From Escherichia coli (lineage in GTDB: Bacteria > Pseudomonadota > Gammaproteobacteria > Enterobacterales > Enterobacteriaceae): DNA of 64,000 nucleotides. How positions within the stretch are numbered: position 1 is the first letter of the stretch; every line of letters begins with the position of its first letter. The stretch is from assembly GCF_045037415.1 (NCBI RefSeq), contig NZ_CP173438.1. One strand, written 5' to 3'. The translations under genes were made by a program, and so were the position numbers. Shown here one piece after another: positions 9,747 through 20,970 of the stretch. The notes below the pieces were generated by a model. The model was given only the letters and a program-made list of their open reading frames with translations. It was not told where the DNA came from and made no database searches.

Positions 9747-10424
9747 TTAGTGACGAGCGCGCACCAGCTGATACTTACGCGTCAGATACTCCACCGGGAC
9801 ACTCCAGATGTGTACCAGACGCGAGAACGGGAACAGCAGGAATAACGTCATCCCCAACACCAGGTGCAGACGGAAGATAAACGCCACGCCATCAAGATGT
9901 TGAGAAGCGCCACCGTGGAAGGTCACTACCGACTGCGCCCAGCCAACCAGTTTCATCATCTCGCTACCGTCCATATGCTGAGCAGAGAACGGAATGGTCA
10001 GCAGGCCCAGCGCGCACTGGATAACGAGCAGCGACAGGATCAGGATATCCGCTCCGGTAGTCGTTGCACGCACGCGTGGGCTGAACAGACGGCGTTTCAA
10101 CAACAGCACGCCGCCAATCAGACACAGTACGCCGCTGGCACCACCAGCAAACATCGCCATTTTCTGCTTCACTTCAATCGGCAGCCAGGCTTCATACATC
10201 CAGTGCGGCGTCAGCATACCGAAGAAGTGACCGACAAAAATCCCCAGAATACCGATATGGAACAGGTTCGACGCCAGATTCATCCCTTTGCGATCCAGCA
10301 TCTGGCTGGACGCCGCGCGCCAGGTATACTGCCCGTAGTCATAACGCAGCCAGCTACCAATCAGGAAGACCGCCCCGGCTATGTACGGGTAGATATCAAA
10401 GAAGAACATATTCAGGAATTGCAT
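9747..10424 (-). CDS. narI: respiratory nitrate reductase 1 gamma subunit
   Basis: 225-aa polytopic haem-b membrane protein; last gene of narGHJI. Confidence 0.9.
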   Translation of the reverse strand: MQFLNMFFFDIYPYIAGAVFLIGSWLRYDYGQYTWRAASSQMLDRKGMNLASNLFHIGILGIFVGHFFGMLTPHWMYEAWLPIEVKQKMAMFAGGASGVLCLIGGVLLLKRRLFSPRVRATTTGADILILSLLVIQCALGLLTIPFSAQHMDGSEMMKLVGWAQSVVTFHGGASQHLDGVAFIFRLHLVLGMTLFLLFPFSRLVHIWSVPVEYLTRKYQLVRARH

Positions 10425-11134
10425 TAGTGCTGTCCTCCGGTGGTGATATTCAGATATTGCGGCGCGACGGCACCGGCAAAGCGACGCTGATGAGCAGTGA
10501 TTGCTGAATCACCGCAGCCTTTGTCAGCAAAGAATTTAACCTGCTCTTCTTCCCAGACTGCATCCAGCGCCTGCGGCGTATCGTCGCGCGCTTCGTCGGC
10601 AATTTTTTCCGCCACTTTGTCGCTGTCGATTGCGGTATTCGCCAGTTTCAGCAGCAGATCAAACAGCACGGCATAACGGCTTTCACGCTGTTGCAGACGC
10701 GCACTCAGCAATGCCAGAATCGGCGCAATATCTTTCAAACCCTCCACGGCTTCGCTTTGCGGCAGCTGCGCCAGGTACTCCAGATACAGCGGCAGATGGT
10801 CGGGCAATTCGCGGCTGTTTAACTGCAAGCCGTGCTGCTCGTACTGCGCCAGCAGATCCACCATCGCCTGGCCGCGGTCACGGGATTCACCGTGAACATG
10901 TTCAAATAGCAACAGTGACGTGGCGCGGCCACGGTCGAACAGTTCGCTGTACTGCGCCTGGGCATCGAGCGGATCCATCGTCGTTAAATCGCGCAGGAAA
11001 ATGCCCAGCGCATGGGCATCCTCTTTTGGCAGATTTTTCGACGCGGCAATCGCCTCAAACATCTCTTGTTGATGCTGCCATAAGGCAGCATCCGGATATT
11101 CAAGGAGACGCGATACAATCACGAGTTCGATCAT
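10424..11134 (-). CDS. narJ: nitrate reductase 1 assembly chaperone
   Basis: 236-aa ORF coupled to narH and narI by overlapping stop/start codons. Confidence 0.9.
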   Translation of the reverse strand: MIELVIVSRLLEYPDAALWQHQQEMFEAIAASKNLPKEDAHALGIFLRDLTTMDPLDAQAQYSELFDRGRATSLLLFEHVHGESRDRGQAMVDLLAQYEQHGLQLNSRELPDHLPLYLEYLAQLPQSEAVEGLKDIAPILALLSARLQQRESRYAVLFDLLLKLANTAIDSDKVAEKIADEARDDTPQALDAVWEEEQVKFFADKGCGDSAITAHQRRFAGAVAPQYLNITTGGQH

Positions 11135-12669
11135 GGGTGCGGCTCCGTTTTGCTGGTTACGTCGATGGCATCGATACGGCGGCTGTTGAACAGATTGAAT
11201 TTGGTATCTGAACCGTGGCAGCCATCACCAAAGGTAAAGCCGCAGCCATTTTTCTCCGGGAAGGCTTCCCGCGCCAGTTCACGATGACTGCTCGGCACCA
11301 CAAAGCGATCTTCGTAGTTGGCAATAGCCAGATAACGATACATCTCCTGTGCCTGGGCTTCGGTCAGACCGACCTCTTCCAGCGCACGGGTATCGACTTT
11401 ACCGTCAACGGTTTCAGCACGTTTGTAATGACGCATCGCCAGCATACGTTTCAGCGCGCGCAGTACCGGTTTGGTATCACCGGCGGTCAGCAGATTCGCC
11501 AGATACTGTACCGGAATACGCAGGCTTTCGACGTCTGGCAGAATGCCGTTGCTGCCCAGTTCACCCGCGTCTGCCGCAGACTGAATCGGCGACAGAGGCG
11601 GCACGTACCAGACCATCGGCAATGTGCGATATTCCGGATGCAGCGGCAGCGCCAGTTTCCATTCCATCGCCATTTTATAAACTGGCGACTGCTGCGCAGC
11701 CTCAATAACGCTCAGCGGAATACCGTCTTTAATCGCCTGCTCGATGACTTTCGGATCGTTCGGATCGAGGAACACATCCAGCTGACGCTGGTAGAGATCT
11801 TTCTCGTTCTCGGTACTTGCCGCACGTTCAATCGCGTCGGCATCGTACAGCAGCACGCCAAGATAACGGATACGACCGACACAGGTTTCTGAACATATTG
11901 TCGGCTGGCCGGCTTCAATACGCGGATAGCAGAAGATGCACTTCTCAGACTTACCGCTCTTCCAGTTGAAGTAGATTTTTTTGTACGGGCATCCGGTGAT
12001 GCACATACGCCAGCCACGGCATTTATCCTGGTCGATCAGGACGATGCCGTCTTCTTCACGCTTGTAAATCGCACCGCTCGGGCAGGTCGCCACACATGCC
12101 GGGTTCAGACAGTGTTCGCACAGGCGCGGCAAATACATCATGAAGGTGTTTTCGAACTGGCTATACATCGCCTTCTGGATGTTGTCGAAGTTCTTGTCTT
12201 TCGCCAGCTTGTCAAACTCACCGCCCAGGTCATCTTCCCAGTTCGGCCCTTTTTCGATTTTCGCCATCCGTTCGCCGGTAATCAGCGAACGCGGACGGGC
12301 AATCGGCTGTGATTTGCTGCCTTCCGGCGCGGTATGCAGGTTCTGATAATCAAAATCAAACGGCTCGTAATAATCGTCGATCCCCGGCAGATGCGGGTTA
12401 GCGAAGATTTTACCCAGCAGCATGGCACGGTTACCCATGCGCGGCTGCAGTTTGCCGTTGATTTTACGGATCCAGCCGCCTTTGTATTTTTCCTGGTTTT
12501 CCCAGTCAGTCGGGAAGCCCTGGCCCGGCTTGGTTTCCACGTTGTTGAACCACGCGTATTCCACGCCTTCACGGCTGGTCCAGACGTTTTTACAGGTCAC
12601 TGAACAGGTGTGGCAGCCGATGCACTTATCGAGATTCAGCACCATGCCGACTTGTGAACGAATTTTCAT
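11131..12669 (-). CDS. narH: respiratory nitrate reductase 1 beta subunit (Fe-S)
   Basis: 512-aa ORF with multiple ferredoxin-type Cys clusters (CIGCHTCSVTC, CEHCLNPACVATCP). Confidence 0.95.
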   Translation of the reverse strand: MKIRSQVGMVLNLDKCIGCHTCSVTCKNVWTSREGVEYAWFNNVETKPGQGFPTDWENQEKYKGGWIRKINGKLQPRMGNRAMLLGKIFANPHLPGIDDYYEPFDFDYQNLHTAPEGSKSQPIARPRSLITGERMAKIEKGPNWEDDLGGEFDKLAKDKNFDNIQKAMYSQFENTFMMYLPRLCEHCLNPACVATCPSGAIYKREEDGIVLIDQDKCRGWRMCITGCPYKKIYFNWKSGKSEKCIFCYPRIEAGQPTICSETCVGRIRYLGVLLYDADAIERAASTENEKDLYQRQLDVFLDPNDPKVIEQAIKDGIPLSVIEAAQQSPVYKMAMEWKLALPLHPEYRTLPMVWYVPPLSPIQSAADAGELGSNGILPDVESLRIPVQYLANLLTAGDTKPVLRALKRMLAMRHYKRAETVDGKVDTRALEEVGLTEAQAQEMYRYLAIANYEDRFVVPSSHRELAREAFPEKNGCGFTFGDGCHGSDTKFNLFNSRRIDAIDVTSKTEPHP

Positions 12670-15600
12670 TTTACGCTCTCCTGTACCTGGTCATTGCCTT
12701 CGCCATCTAACCAGTCAATGTTCTTCATCTTACGCACTACAACAAACTCATCGCGGTTAGAACCTACGGTGCCGTAGTAGTTAAAGCCATATGCCAGATG
12801 GGCATAGCCGCCGATCATATGCGTCGGTTTCGGCGTGATACGGGTGACCGAGTTATGGATACCACCACGCTGTTGGGTAATTTCCGAACCAGGCAGGTTA
12901 ACGATACGTTCCTGCGCGTGGTACATCATGGTCATCCCTGCCGGAACACGCTGGCTGACAACCGCACGGGCAGTCAGTGCACCGTTGCTGTTGAAGACTT
13001 CAATCCAGTCGTTATCGGCGATACCCAGCTCTTTGGCATCGGCTTCACTCAGCCAGACCACCGGACCACCGCGACCTAAAGTCAGCATCAACAGGTTGTC
13101 GCTGTAGGTGGAGTGGATACCCCACTTCTGGTGTGGCGTCAGGAAGTTGAGCGCTTTTTCCGGGTTGCCATTGGATTTCTGGCCCATCACTTCTTTCACC
13201 GAACGGGTGTCGATCGGCGGACGATAAACCAGCAGGCTTTCACCGAAATCACGCATCCATTGGTGATCCTGATACAGCTGCTGACGGCCAGAGAGCGTAC
13301 GCCACGGGATCAGCTCGTGAACGTTGGTGTAACCGGCGTTGTAAGAAACGTGTTCATCTTCAAGGCCAGACCATGTCGGGCTGGAGATGATTTTGCGCGG
13401 CTGTGCCTGAATATCGCGGAAGCGAATCTTCTCGTCTTCTTTATTCAGCGCCAGATGCGTATGGTCACGGCCGGTAAACTCGCTCAGGGCAGCCCAGGCT
13501 TTTACAGCTACCTGACCGTTGGTTTCCGGTGCCAGCGTCAGGATCATCTCTGCCGCATCAATTGCGGTATTGAGCATCGGCTGACCTTTTGCCGGACCTT
13601 CCGCTTTTGTGTAGTTGAGCTTACGCAGCAGATCCATCTCGCTCTGGGTGTTCCAGGCAATCCCTTTACCGCCGTTACCGATTTTCTCCATCAGCGGGCC
13701 GATAGAGGTAAAGCGTTCGTAAGTTGCCGGATAATCGCGCTCTACGACCATAATGTGCGGTGCGGTTTTACCTGGGATCAGGTCGCATTCGCCTTTTTTC
13801 CAGTCTTTCACATCCAGCGGTTGCGCCAGTTCAGCGGCAGAGTCGTGCTGGATAGGCAGCGTGACGATGTCAGTTTCTTTACCCAGATGACCAACGCACA
13901 CTTCGGAGAATTTCTTCGCGATGGCTTTGTAGATTTCCCAGTCGCTTTTCGCTTCCCAGGCCGGATCGACCGCCGCAGACAGCGGGTGAATAAACGGATG
14001 CATATCCGAAGTATTCATGTCGTCTTTTTCGTACCAGGTCGCCGTCGGCAAAATGATGTCGGAATAGAGACAGGTGCTCGACAGACGGAAGTCCAGCGTC
14101 ACCACCAGATCCAGCTTGCCTTCCAGACCGTTGTCCTGCCAGTCCACTTCTTCCGGCTTCACGCCGCCCTGCTGCCCCAGGTCTTTGCCCTGGATACCGT
14201 GCTCCGTCCCCAGCAGGTACTTGAGCATAAACTCATGACCTTTACCGGAAGAACCGAGCAGGTTAGAACGCCAGATGAACAGGTTACGCGGGTGGTTTTT
14301 ACCGTTTTCCGGCTGTTCCGCAGCGAAACGGATAGAACCCTCTTTCAGGGATTTCACCGTATAGTCCACCGGATTCATCCCGGCTTTTTCTGCTTCGCGA
14401 GCGATAGTCAGCGGGTTAGTGCCTAACTGCGGCGCAGACGGCAGCCAGCCCATGCGTTCTGCACGGACGTTAAAGTCGATCAAGTGTCCGGTATAGCGAG
14501 ATTTATCCGCCATCGGCGACAGCAGTTCTTCCGCAGTCACGGTTTCATAACGCCACTGGCTGGAGTGGTTATAGAAATAAGAGGTACTGTTCATGTGACG
14601 CGCCGGACGCTGCCAGTCGAGGGCAAACGCCAGCGGCTGCCAGCCGGTTTGCGGACGCAGTTTTTCCTGACCTACATAGTGCGCCCAGCCGCCCCCGCTC
14701 TGACCGACACAACCGCAGAAAATCAGCATGTTGATCAGACCACGATAGTTCATGTCCAGGTGATACCAGTGGTTCAGCCCTGCGCCGACGATAATCATCG
14801 AACGACCGTGCGTTTTATCAGCGTTATCGGCAAATTCACGGGCGATGCGAATAATCTGGCTGCGAGAAACGCCGGTAATCTGCTCTGCCCAGGCAGGGGT
14901 GTAAGCTTTCACATCGTCATAGCTGGTTGCACAGTTAACGTCGTTCAGGCCACGTTCCAGACCGTAGTTTGCCAGCGTCAGATCATAAACGGTGGTCACC
15001 AGGGCGGTGCTGCCATCAGCCAGTTGCAGGCGTTTCACCGGCAGCTTATGCAGCAGCACGTTTTCCAGTTCCACTTTGTTGAAGTGTTCCGTGCCATCGC
15101 CACCAAAGTACGGGAAGCCCACCTCAGCGATCTCATCCTGGCTACCCAGCAGGCTCAGTTGCAGCTCGGTTTCTTCGCCAGTTTTGCCGTCGCGCTGCTC
15201 AAGATTCCATTTGCCCTTCTCGCCCCAGCGGAAGCCAATAGAACCGTTCGGCGCAACCATTTCACCATTGGTATTAAAGGCGACAGTTTTCCATTCCGGA
15301 TTGTTTTCCTGGCCCAGTGCATCCACCAGATCAGCAGCGCGCAGCATACGACCCGCAGCGTAGTAACCGTCGCGCTCTTCCAGCATCACCAGCATCGGCA
15401 TGTCGGTGTAGCGGCGCACATAGTCGGTGAAATACTGGCTTGGGTTGTCGAGGTGGAATTCACGCAGCATTACGTGACCCATTGCCAGCGCCATTGCCGC
15501 ATCGGTGCCCTGTTTCGGTGCCAGCCACAGATCGCACAGTTTGGCGATTTCAGCGTAGTCTGGTGTGACGGCAACAGTTTTGGTCCCTTTGTAACGCACT

Positions 15601-16409
15601 TCAGTAAAGAAGTGAGCATCCGGGGTACGCGTCTGCGGCACGTTTGAACCCCAGGCGATGATGTAGCTGGAGTTGTACCAGTCAGCAGATTCCGGTACGT
15701 CAGTTTGCTCACCCCAGGTTTGCGGAGACGCAGGAGGCAGGTCGCAGTACCAGTCGTAGAAGCTTAAGCAAGTACCGCCAATCAGCGAGAGATAGCGCGC
15801 ACCCGATGCGTAAGAAACCATCGACATTGCCGGAATTGGCGAGAAGCCAGCGACACGGTCCGGGCCGTAATTTTTGATGGTGTAAACGTTAGATGCGGCG
15901 ATCAGTTCGTTCACTTCCTGCCAGGAAGAACGAACAAAACCACCGCGTCCACGCGCCTGCTTAAAGCTTTTCGCTTTATCGGCGTCTTCAATGATAGAAG
16001 CCCATGCCTCAACCGGATCGCTATGCAGCGCCTTCGCTTCACGCCACATTTTCATCAGGCGTTTGCGCATCATCGGGTATTTCAGGCGGTTAGCGCTGTA
16101 AAGATACCAGGAGTAGCTGGCACCGCGCGGGCAGCCGCGAGGTTCATGGTTTGGCAGGTCCGGGCGAGTACGCGGATAGTCAGTCTGCTGGGTTTCCCAG
16201 GTGACCAGACCGTTTTTGACGTAGATTTTCCAGCTGCAGGAGCCGGTGCAGTTTACCCCGTGGGTAGAGCGGACGATTTTGTCATGCTGCCAACGCTGGC
16301 GATATCCATCCTCCCAGTCACGGTTGGTATTGAGAAGCTGGCCATGCCCATCGGCAAAGGTTTCACCCTTCTGTTTGAAGTAGCGAAACCGGTCCAGGAA
16401 TTTACTCAT
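12666..16409 (-). CDS. narG: respiratory nitrate reductase 1 alpha subunit (molybdoenzyme)
   Basis: 1247-aa ORF starting MSKFLDRFRYFKQKGETFADGHGQ with an N-terminal Cys/His Fe-S motif; canonical NarG. Confidence 0.95.
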   Translation of the reverse strand: MSKFLDRFRYFKQKGETFADGHGQLLNTNRDWEDGYRQRWQHDKIVRSTHGVNCTGSCSWKIYVKNGLVTWETQQTDYPRTRPDLPNHEPRGCPRGASYSWYLYSANRLKYPMMRKRLMKMWREAKALHSDPVEAWASIIEDADKAKSFKQARGRGGFVRSSWQEVNELIAASNVYTIKNYGPDRVAGFSPIPAMSMVSYASGARYLSLIGGTCLSFYDWYCDLPPASPQTWGEQTDVPESADWYNSSYIIAWGSNVPQTRTPDAHFFTEVRYKGTKTVAVTPDYAEIAKLCDLWLAPKQGTDAAMALAMGHVMLREFHLDNPSQYFTDYVRRYTDMPMLVMLEERDGYYAAGRMLRAADLVDALGQENNPEWKTVAFNTNGEMVAPNGSIGFRWGEKGKWNLEQRDGKTGEETELQLSLLGSQDEIAEVGFPYFGGDGTEHFNKVELENVLLHKLPVKRLQLADGSTALVTTVYDLTLANYGLERGLNDVNCATSYDDVKAYTPAWAEQITGVSRSQIIRIAREFADNADKTHGRSMIIVGAGLNHWYHLDMNYRGLINMLIFCGCVGQSGGGWAHYVGQEKLRPQTGWQPLAFALDWQRPARHMNSTSYFYNHSSQWRYETVTAEELLSPMADKSRYTGHLIDFNVRAERMGWLPSAPQLGTNPLTIAREAEKAGMNPVDYTVKSLKEGSIRFAAEQPENGKNHPRNLFIWRSNLLGSSGKGHEFMLKYLLGTEHGIQGKDLGQQGGVKPEEVDWQDNGLEGKLDLVVTLDFRLSSTCLYSDIILPTATWYEKDDMNTSDMHPFIHPLSAAVDPAWEAKSDWEIYKAIAKKFSEVCVGHLGKETDIVTLPIQHDSAAELAQPLDVKDWKKGECDLIPGKTAPHIMVVERDYPATYERFTSIGPLMEKIGNGGKGIAWNTQSEMDLLRKLNYTKAEGPAKGQPMLNTAIDAAEMILTLAPETNGQVAVKAWAALSEFTGRDHTHLALNKEDEKIRFRDIQAQPRKIISSPTWSGLEDEHVSYNAGYTNVHELIPWRTLSGRQQLYQDHQWMRDFGESLLVYRPPIDTRSVKEVMGQKSNGNPEKALNFLTPHQKWGIHSTYSDNLLMLTLGRGGPVVWLSEADAKELGIADNDWIEVFNSNGALTARAVVSQRVPAGMTMMYHAQERIVNLPGSEITQQRGGIHNSVTRITPKPTHMIGGYAHLAYGFNYYGTVGSNRDEFVVVRKMKNIDWLDGEGNDQVQESVK

Positions 16410-16500
16410 CGGTTTTCTCCTGTGGGAGCCTGTCGGCCCTCTGATAAATCGACATTGCTAATGTTTAAGGGCAAGGTAACGCTCTGAAACAGCGTGGGAA

Positions 16501-16514
16501 TTGATAACGATCAA
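16501..16514. promoter_or_regulatory. FNR consensus box (TTGATAACGATCAA) in the narG promoter
   Basis: Perfect TTGAT-N4-ATCAA palindrome centred about 98 bp upstream of the narG ATG, consistent with a class II FNR site at -41.5. Confidence 0.65.
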
Positions 16515-16801
16515 GAGTGATGGGGATGAAAAATAAAGTAAATTCCTGGAATACCCCTTTAGGATAATTAACATTTATAGCATAACAGACTGTAAATTAA
16601 GACGTTTTACACCTGTGGTTATTTAAACCATTAAGATTTTTATGCAGATGGGTATTAAGGAGTATTCCCCATGGGTAACATATTAATGACTCTTAATGAA
16701 ATCCAGCGAAATAAGCCATACAACATTAGTATGTTGTAACTAAATGACGCATAAAAAAAGCGCGACATCATGCCGCGCAAAGGATAATCAAATATTACGA
16801 T

Positions 16802-18193
16802 TTATTTTTTAGAATGCCGACCATATACCGCCCAGGTAATCACCACGCAGGCGATATAGAAAATCAAAAATACTTTCATTGCGCCGACTGGCGAACCCGT
16901 TAATGCCAGCGAGCTACCAAACGCTTTCGGGATAAAGAAGCCACCAATCGCGCCAATCGCAGAGATGAAACCCAGCGCCGCCGCCGTGTCGGTTGCCGCT
17001 TCACGCATCGCACGTTCGTCAGAACCCCCTTCTGCTTTCACGCGATCCATTGTCAGTTTACGGAAGATCACGGAAATCATCTGGAAAGTGGAACCACTAC
17101 CCAGCCCAGCGGTCAGGAACAGCGCAAGGAAGACTGCGAAGAACGCCATGAAGCTTCCGCCCTGTCCGTCAGTCGGTAAGGTCAGGAACAGCAGGCCGCT
17201 GAAAATCGCCATCAGGATAAAGTTCACCAGCGTGACACGAGTTCCGCCCAGACGGTCAGATAATGCACCACCTGCAGAACGCGCCAGCGCACCAATAAAC
17301 GGCCCGAAGAAAGCGTATTGCAGAATCTGAACATCCGGGAACTGCGTTTTTGACAGCATCGCAAAGCCCGCGGAGAAGCCGATGAAGGAGCCGAAGGTTG
17401 CCAGATACAGAAGGCTCATAATCCACAGATGACCCCGTTTGAGTACCGGCAACTGCTCCTTGATGGAGGCTTTCGAGGTAGCAAGATCGTTCATGCCAAA
17501 CCACGCCGCAATGGTGAAGATGGCAAGGAACGGCACCCATATCCAGGACGCATTCGCCAGATACAGCTCAGTCCCATCCGGCTGTTTGACGCCCTGGCTA
17601 CCAAATACTGCGAAAATCGACAGTGATACCACCAGCGGAGCAACCAACTGCATGACGCTGACGCCCATGTTGCCCAGACCACCATTCAGACCCAGCGCGC
17701 CACCCTGCTTCTGTTTCGGAAAGAAGAAGCTGATGTTTGCCATACTGGATGCGAAGTTCGCGCCAGCAAAGCCGCACAGCAGAGAAATGATGATGAAGAC
17801 GCTATAAGGCGTGGAGGTATCCTGCACGGCAAAACCCAGCCAGACGCAAGGAATAATCAGAATACCGGTGCTGAACGCCGTCCAGCGACGACCACCAAAG
17901 ATAGGAACCATAAAGGAGTATGGAACACGTAATAACGCGCCAGAAACCGAAGGCAGCGCAGTCAACATAAATAGCTGATCGGTCGTAAAATTAAAACCGA
18001 CTTTCGGTAAGTTCACCGCAACAGCGCTGAACAACATCCATACGCAAAACGCCAGCAACAGACAGGGAACGGAAATCCACAGGTTGCGGCTGGCAATACG
18101 TTGACCGCGTTGTTGCCAGAACGCAGGATCTTCCGGTCGCCAATCTGTAATGACAGCTCCAGTAGCCCTTTCGGGGGCGGATGAGTGACTCAT
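16802..18193 (-). CDS. narK: nitrate/nitrite transporter (MFS)
   Basis: ORF 16802..18199; start set at the ATG giving MSHSSAPERATGAV; 12-TM MFS protein in the expected position. Confidence 0.9.
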   Translation of the reverse strand: MSHSSAPERATGAVITDWRPEDPAFWQQRGQRIASRNLWISVPCLLLAFCVWMLFSAVAVNLPKVGFNFTTDQLFMLTALPSVSGALLRVPYSFMVPIFGGRRWTAFSTGILIIPCVWLGFAVQDTSTPYSVFIIISLLCGFAGANFASSMANISFFFPKQKQGGALGLNGGLGNMGVSVMQLVAPLVVSLSIFAVFGSQGVKQPDGTELYLANASWIWVPFLAIFTIAAWFGMNDLATSKASIKEQLPVLKRGHLWIMSLLYLATFGSFIGFSAGFAMLSKTQFPDVQILQYAFFGPFIGALARSAGGALSDRLGGTRVTLVNFILMAIFSGLLFLTLPTDGQGGSFMAFFAVFLALFLTAGLGSGSTFQMISVIFRKLTMDRVKAEGGSDERAMREAATDTAAALGFISAIGAIGGFFIPKAFGSSLALTGSPVGAMKVFLIFYIACVVITWAVYGRHSKK

Positions 18194-18252
18194 AGACACC
18201 TCTGATACTCGTTTCGATGTCTGCCACCTTAGTGTCTGTAGCTAAAGGCAAT

Positions 18253-18266
18253 TTGATGTAAATCAA
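18253..18266. promoter_or_regulatory. FNR consensus box (TTGATGTAAATCAA) in the narK promoter
   Basis: Perfect TTGAT-N4-ATCAA about 66 bp upstream of the narK ATG; a second weaker FNR-like site (TTGATATTTATCAT) lies at 18291-18304. Confidence 0.6.
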
Positions 18267-18531
18267 ACGATAAGATAACTTTATCTATCATTGATATTTA
18301 TCATTATCCATAGTGAGTACAGTGATTTCATAAAAATTATGAGATTTTTCACGGTACTGTAAAATCCCTACCCTTACCGATGTAAAGCGACTAACCACAC
18401 GGCAAATAAGGAGTAACTCTTTCCGGGTATGGGTATACTTCAGCCAATAGCCGAGAATACTGCCATTCCAGAATGTATCGTCACATTCATTAAGGTTATT
18501 GCTCATTTAAAGCCTGAAGGAAGAGGTTTAC

Positions 18532-20328
18532 ATGCTTAAACGTTGTCTCTCTCCGCTCACCCTGGTTAATCAGGTTGCGCTTATTGTGTTGCTTTCTACT
18601 GCTATTGGACTGGCAGGGATGGCGGTTTCTGGCTGGCTGGTGCAAGGCGTTCAGGGCAGCGCCCATGCGATCAACAAAGCGGGATCGCTGCGCATGCAAA
18701 GTTACCGTCTGTTGGCAGCAGTGCCATTAAGCGAGAAAGACAAGCCCTTAATTAAAGAGATGGAACAAACAGCATTTAGCGCCGAGTTGACTCGAGCAGC
18801 AGAACGAGACGGGCAACTGGCGCAATTACAGGGTTTACAAGATTACTGGCGTAATGAACTGATCCCTGCACTGATACGTGCACAAAACCGCGAAACGGTG
18901 TCAGCGGATGTCAGCCAGTTTGTTGCCGGGCTTGATCAGCTGGTATCTGGTTTTGATCGCACCACGGAAATGCGCATTGAGACAGTGGTGCTGGTCCATC
19001 GGGTAATGGCGGTATTTATGGCACTTTTACTGGTATTCACTATTATCTGGTTGCGGGCGAGATTGCTACAACCGTGGCGGCAACTGCTGGCAATGGCGAG
19101 TGCCGTCAGCCATCGCGATTTTACCCAACGCGCAAACATCAGCGGGCGCAACGAAATGGCGATGCTTGGAACTGCGTTGAACAATATGTCTGCAGAACTG
19201 GCGGAAAGTTATGCCGTACTTGAGCAGCGGGTTCAGGAGAAAACCGCTGGGCTGGAGCATAAAAATCAGATCCTCTCTTTTTTATGGCAGGCTAACCGCC
19301 GTTTGCATTCCCGCGCCCCGCTGTGTGAACGCCTGTCACCTGTACTCAACGGCTTACAGAATTTAACCCTGCTACGTGATATCGAACTGCGGGTGTATGA
19401 CACTGATGATGAAGAGAATCATCAGGAGTTTACCTGCCAGTCAGATATGACTTGTGATGATAAAGGCTGCCAGCTCTGCCCGCGCGGCGTATTACCCGTT
19501 GGCGATCGCGGCACAACCCTGAAGTGGCGGCTGGCTGACACTCATACGCAGTACGGTATTTTGCTGGCGACCCTGCCGCAGGGGCGTCATCTTAGCCATG
19601 ATCAACAACAACTGGTGGATACCCTGGTTGAACAACTCACCGCCACGCTGGCGCTGGATCGCCATCAGGAACGTCAGCAACAGTTGATCGTGATGGAAGA
19701 GCGTGCCACCATTGCGCGCGAACTGCATGATTCTATTGCCCAATCTCTCTCTTGCATGAAGATGCAGGTGAGTTGCTTACAGATGCAGGGCGATGCGCTG
19801 CCAGAAAGCAGCCGCGAACTGTTAAGTCAGATCCGTAACGAACTGAATGCATCCTGGGTGCAGTTGCGTGAATTGCTCACCACATTCCGTTTGCAGCTCA
19901 CCGAGCCTGGATTACGTCCGGCGCTGGAGGCGAGTTGCGAAGAGTACAGCGCCAAATTTGGCTTCCCGGTGAAGCTGGATTATCAATTGCCGCCTCGTCT
20001 GGTGCCTTCGCATCAGGCAATCCACTTGTTGCAAATTGCCCGTGAGGCATTAAGTAACGCCCTCAAACATTCGCAAGCGAGTGAGGTCGTGGTGACGGTG
20101 GCGCAAAACGATAATCAGGTCAAACTGACCGTCCAGGATAACGGCTGCGGCGTGCCTGAAAATGCCATCCGCAGCAATCACTACGGCATGATAATAATGC
20201 GCGACCGTGCGCAAAGTTTACGAGGCGATTGCCGCGTCCGCCGTCGTGAATCAGGTGGCACCGAAGTGGTGGTCACCTTTATTCCCGAAAAAACTTTCAC
20301 AGACGTCCAAGGAGATACCCATGAGTAA
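18532..20328 (+). CDS. narX: nitrate/nitrite sensor histidine kinase
   Basis: 598-aa ORF with two N-terminal TM segments, a HAMP region, the H-box ([11 protein letters not shown]) and an ATPase domain; stop overlaps the narL start. Confidence 0.95.
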   Translation: MLKRCLSPLTLVNQVALIVLLSTAIGLAGMAVSGWLVQGVQGSAHAINKAGSLRMQSYRLLAAVPLSEKDKPLIKEMEQTAFSAELTRAAERDGQLAQLQGLQDYWRNELIPALIRAQNRETVSADVSQFVAGLDQLVSGFDRTTEMRIETVVLVHRVMAVFMALLLVFTIIWLRARLLQPWRQLLAMASAVSHRDFTQRANISGRNEMAMLGTALNNMSAELAESYAVLEQRVQEKTAGLEHKNQILSFLWQANRRLHSRAPLCERLSPVLNGLQNLTLLRDIELRVYDTDDEENHQEFTCQSDMTCDDKGCQLCPRGVLPVGDRGTTLKWRLADTHTQYGILLATLPQGRHLSHDQQQLVDTLVEQLTATLALDRHQERQQQLIVMEERATIARELHDSIAQSLSCMKMQVSCLQMQGDALPESSRELLSQIRNELNASWVQLRELLTTFRLQLTEPGLRPALEASCEEYSAKFGFPVKLDYQLPPRLVPSHQAIHLLQIAREALSNALKHSQASEVVVTVAQNDNQVKLTVQDNGCGVPENAIRSNHYGMIIMRDRAQSLRGDCRVRRRESGGTEVVVTFIPEKTFTDVQGDTHE

Positions 20329-20970
20329 TCAGGAACCGGCTACTATCCTGCTGATCGACGATCACCCGATGTTGCGAACTGGCGTAAAACAGCTTATCAG
20401 TATGGCACCAGATATCACTGTGGTTGGCGAAGCGAGTAATGGCGAACAGGGTATTGAACTGGCGGAGTTCTTGATCCCGATCTGATCCTGTTAGATCTCA
20501 ATATGCCCGGCATGAACGGTCTGGAAACGCTGGATAAACTGCGCGAAAAGTCCCTCTCCGGGCGCATTGTGGTATTCAGCGTCTCTAACCATGAAGAAGA
20601 TGTGGTCACCGCACTGAAACGCGGCGCGGATGGCTATCTGTTAAAAGATATGGAACCGGAAGATCTGCTGAAAGCGTTACATCAGGCAGCTGCTGGCGAA
20701 ATGGTATTAAGCGAAGCATTAACGCCTGTTCTGGCCGCCAGCTTGCGCGCTAACCGTGCCACTACTGAGCGCGATGTTAACCAGTTAACCCCACGCGAGC
20801 GCGATATTCTCAAGCTGATTGCCCAGGGTTTGCCGAACAAGATGATTGCCCGCCGCCTGGACATCACCGAAAGCACAGTAAAAGTTCACGTCAAGCACAT
20901 GCTGAAGAAAATGAAGCTAAAGTCTCGCGTGGAAGCTGCGGTATGGGTGCATCAGGAGCGCATTTTCTGA
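20321..20970 (+). pseudogene. narL: nitrate/nitrite response regulator NarL, interrupted by a 1-bp frameshift
   Basis: The ATG at 20321 gives [49 protein letters not shown], then the frame breaks near 20466-20470 (reads GAGTTCTTGAT where TCTCTT is expected from memory of K-12) and hits TGA at 20483; the rest of NarL ([17 protein letters not shown]... to the LuxR HTH) continues in another frame as ORF 20503..20970. Confidence 0.75.

Noticed and set aside
9864-11892. Plus-strand ORFs of 187, 193 and 225 aa overlapping narI, narJ and narH
   Set aside because: Antisense to well-supported nar genes; Arg/His-rich translations with no motifs.
13113-15647. Long plus-strand ORFs (437 aa and 387 aa) inside narG
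   Set aside because: Antisense to an unambiguous, highly conserved narG frame; low-complexity R/G/V-rich translations typical of spurious antisense ORFs in GC-rich genes.
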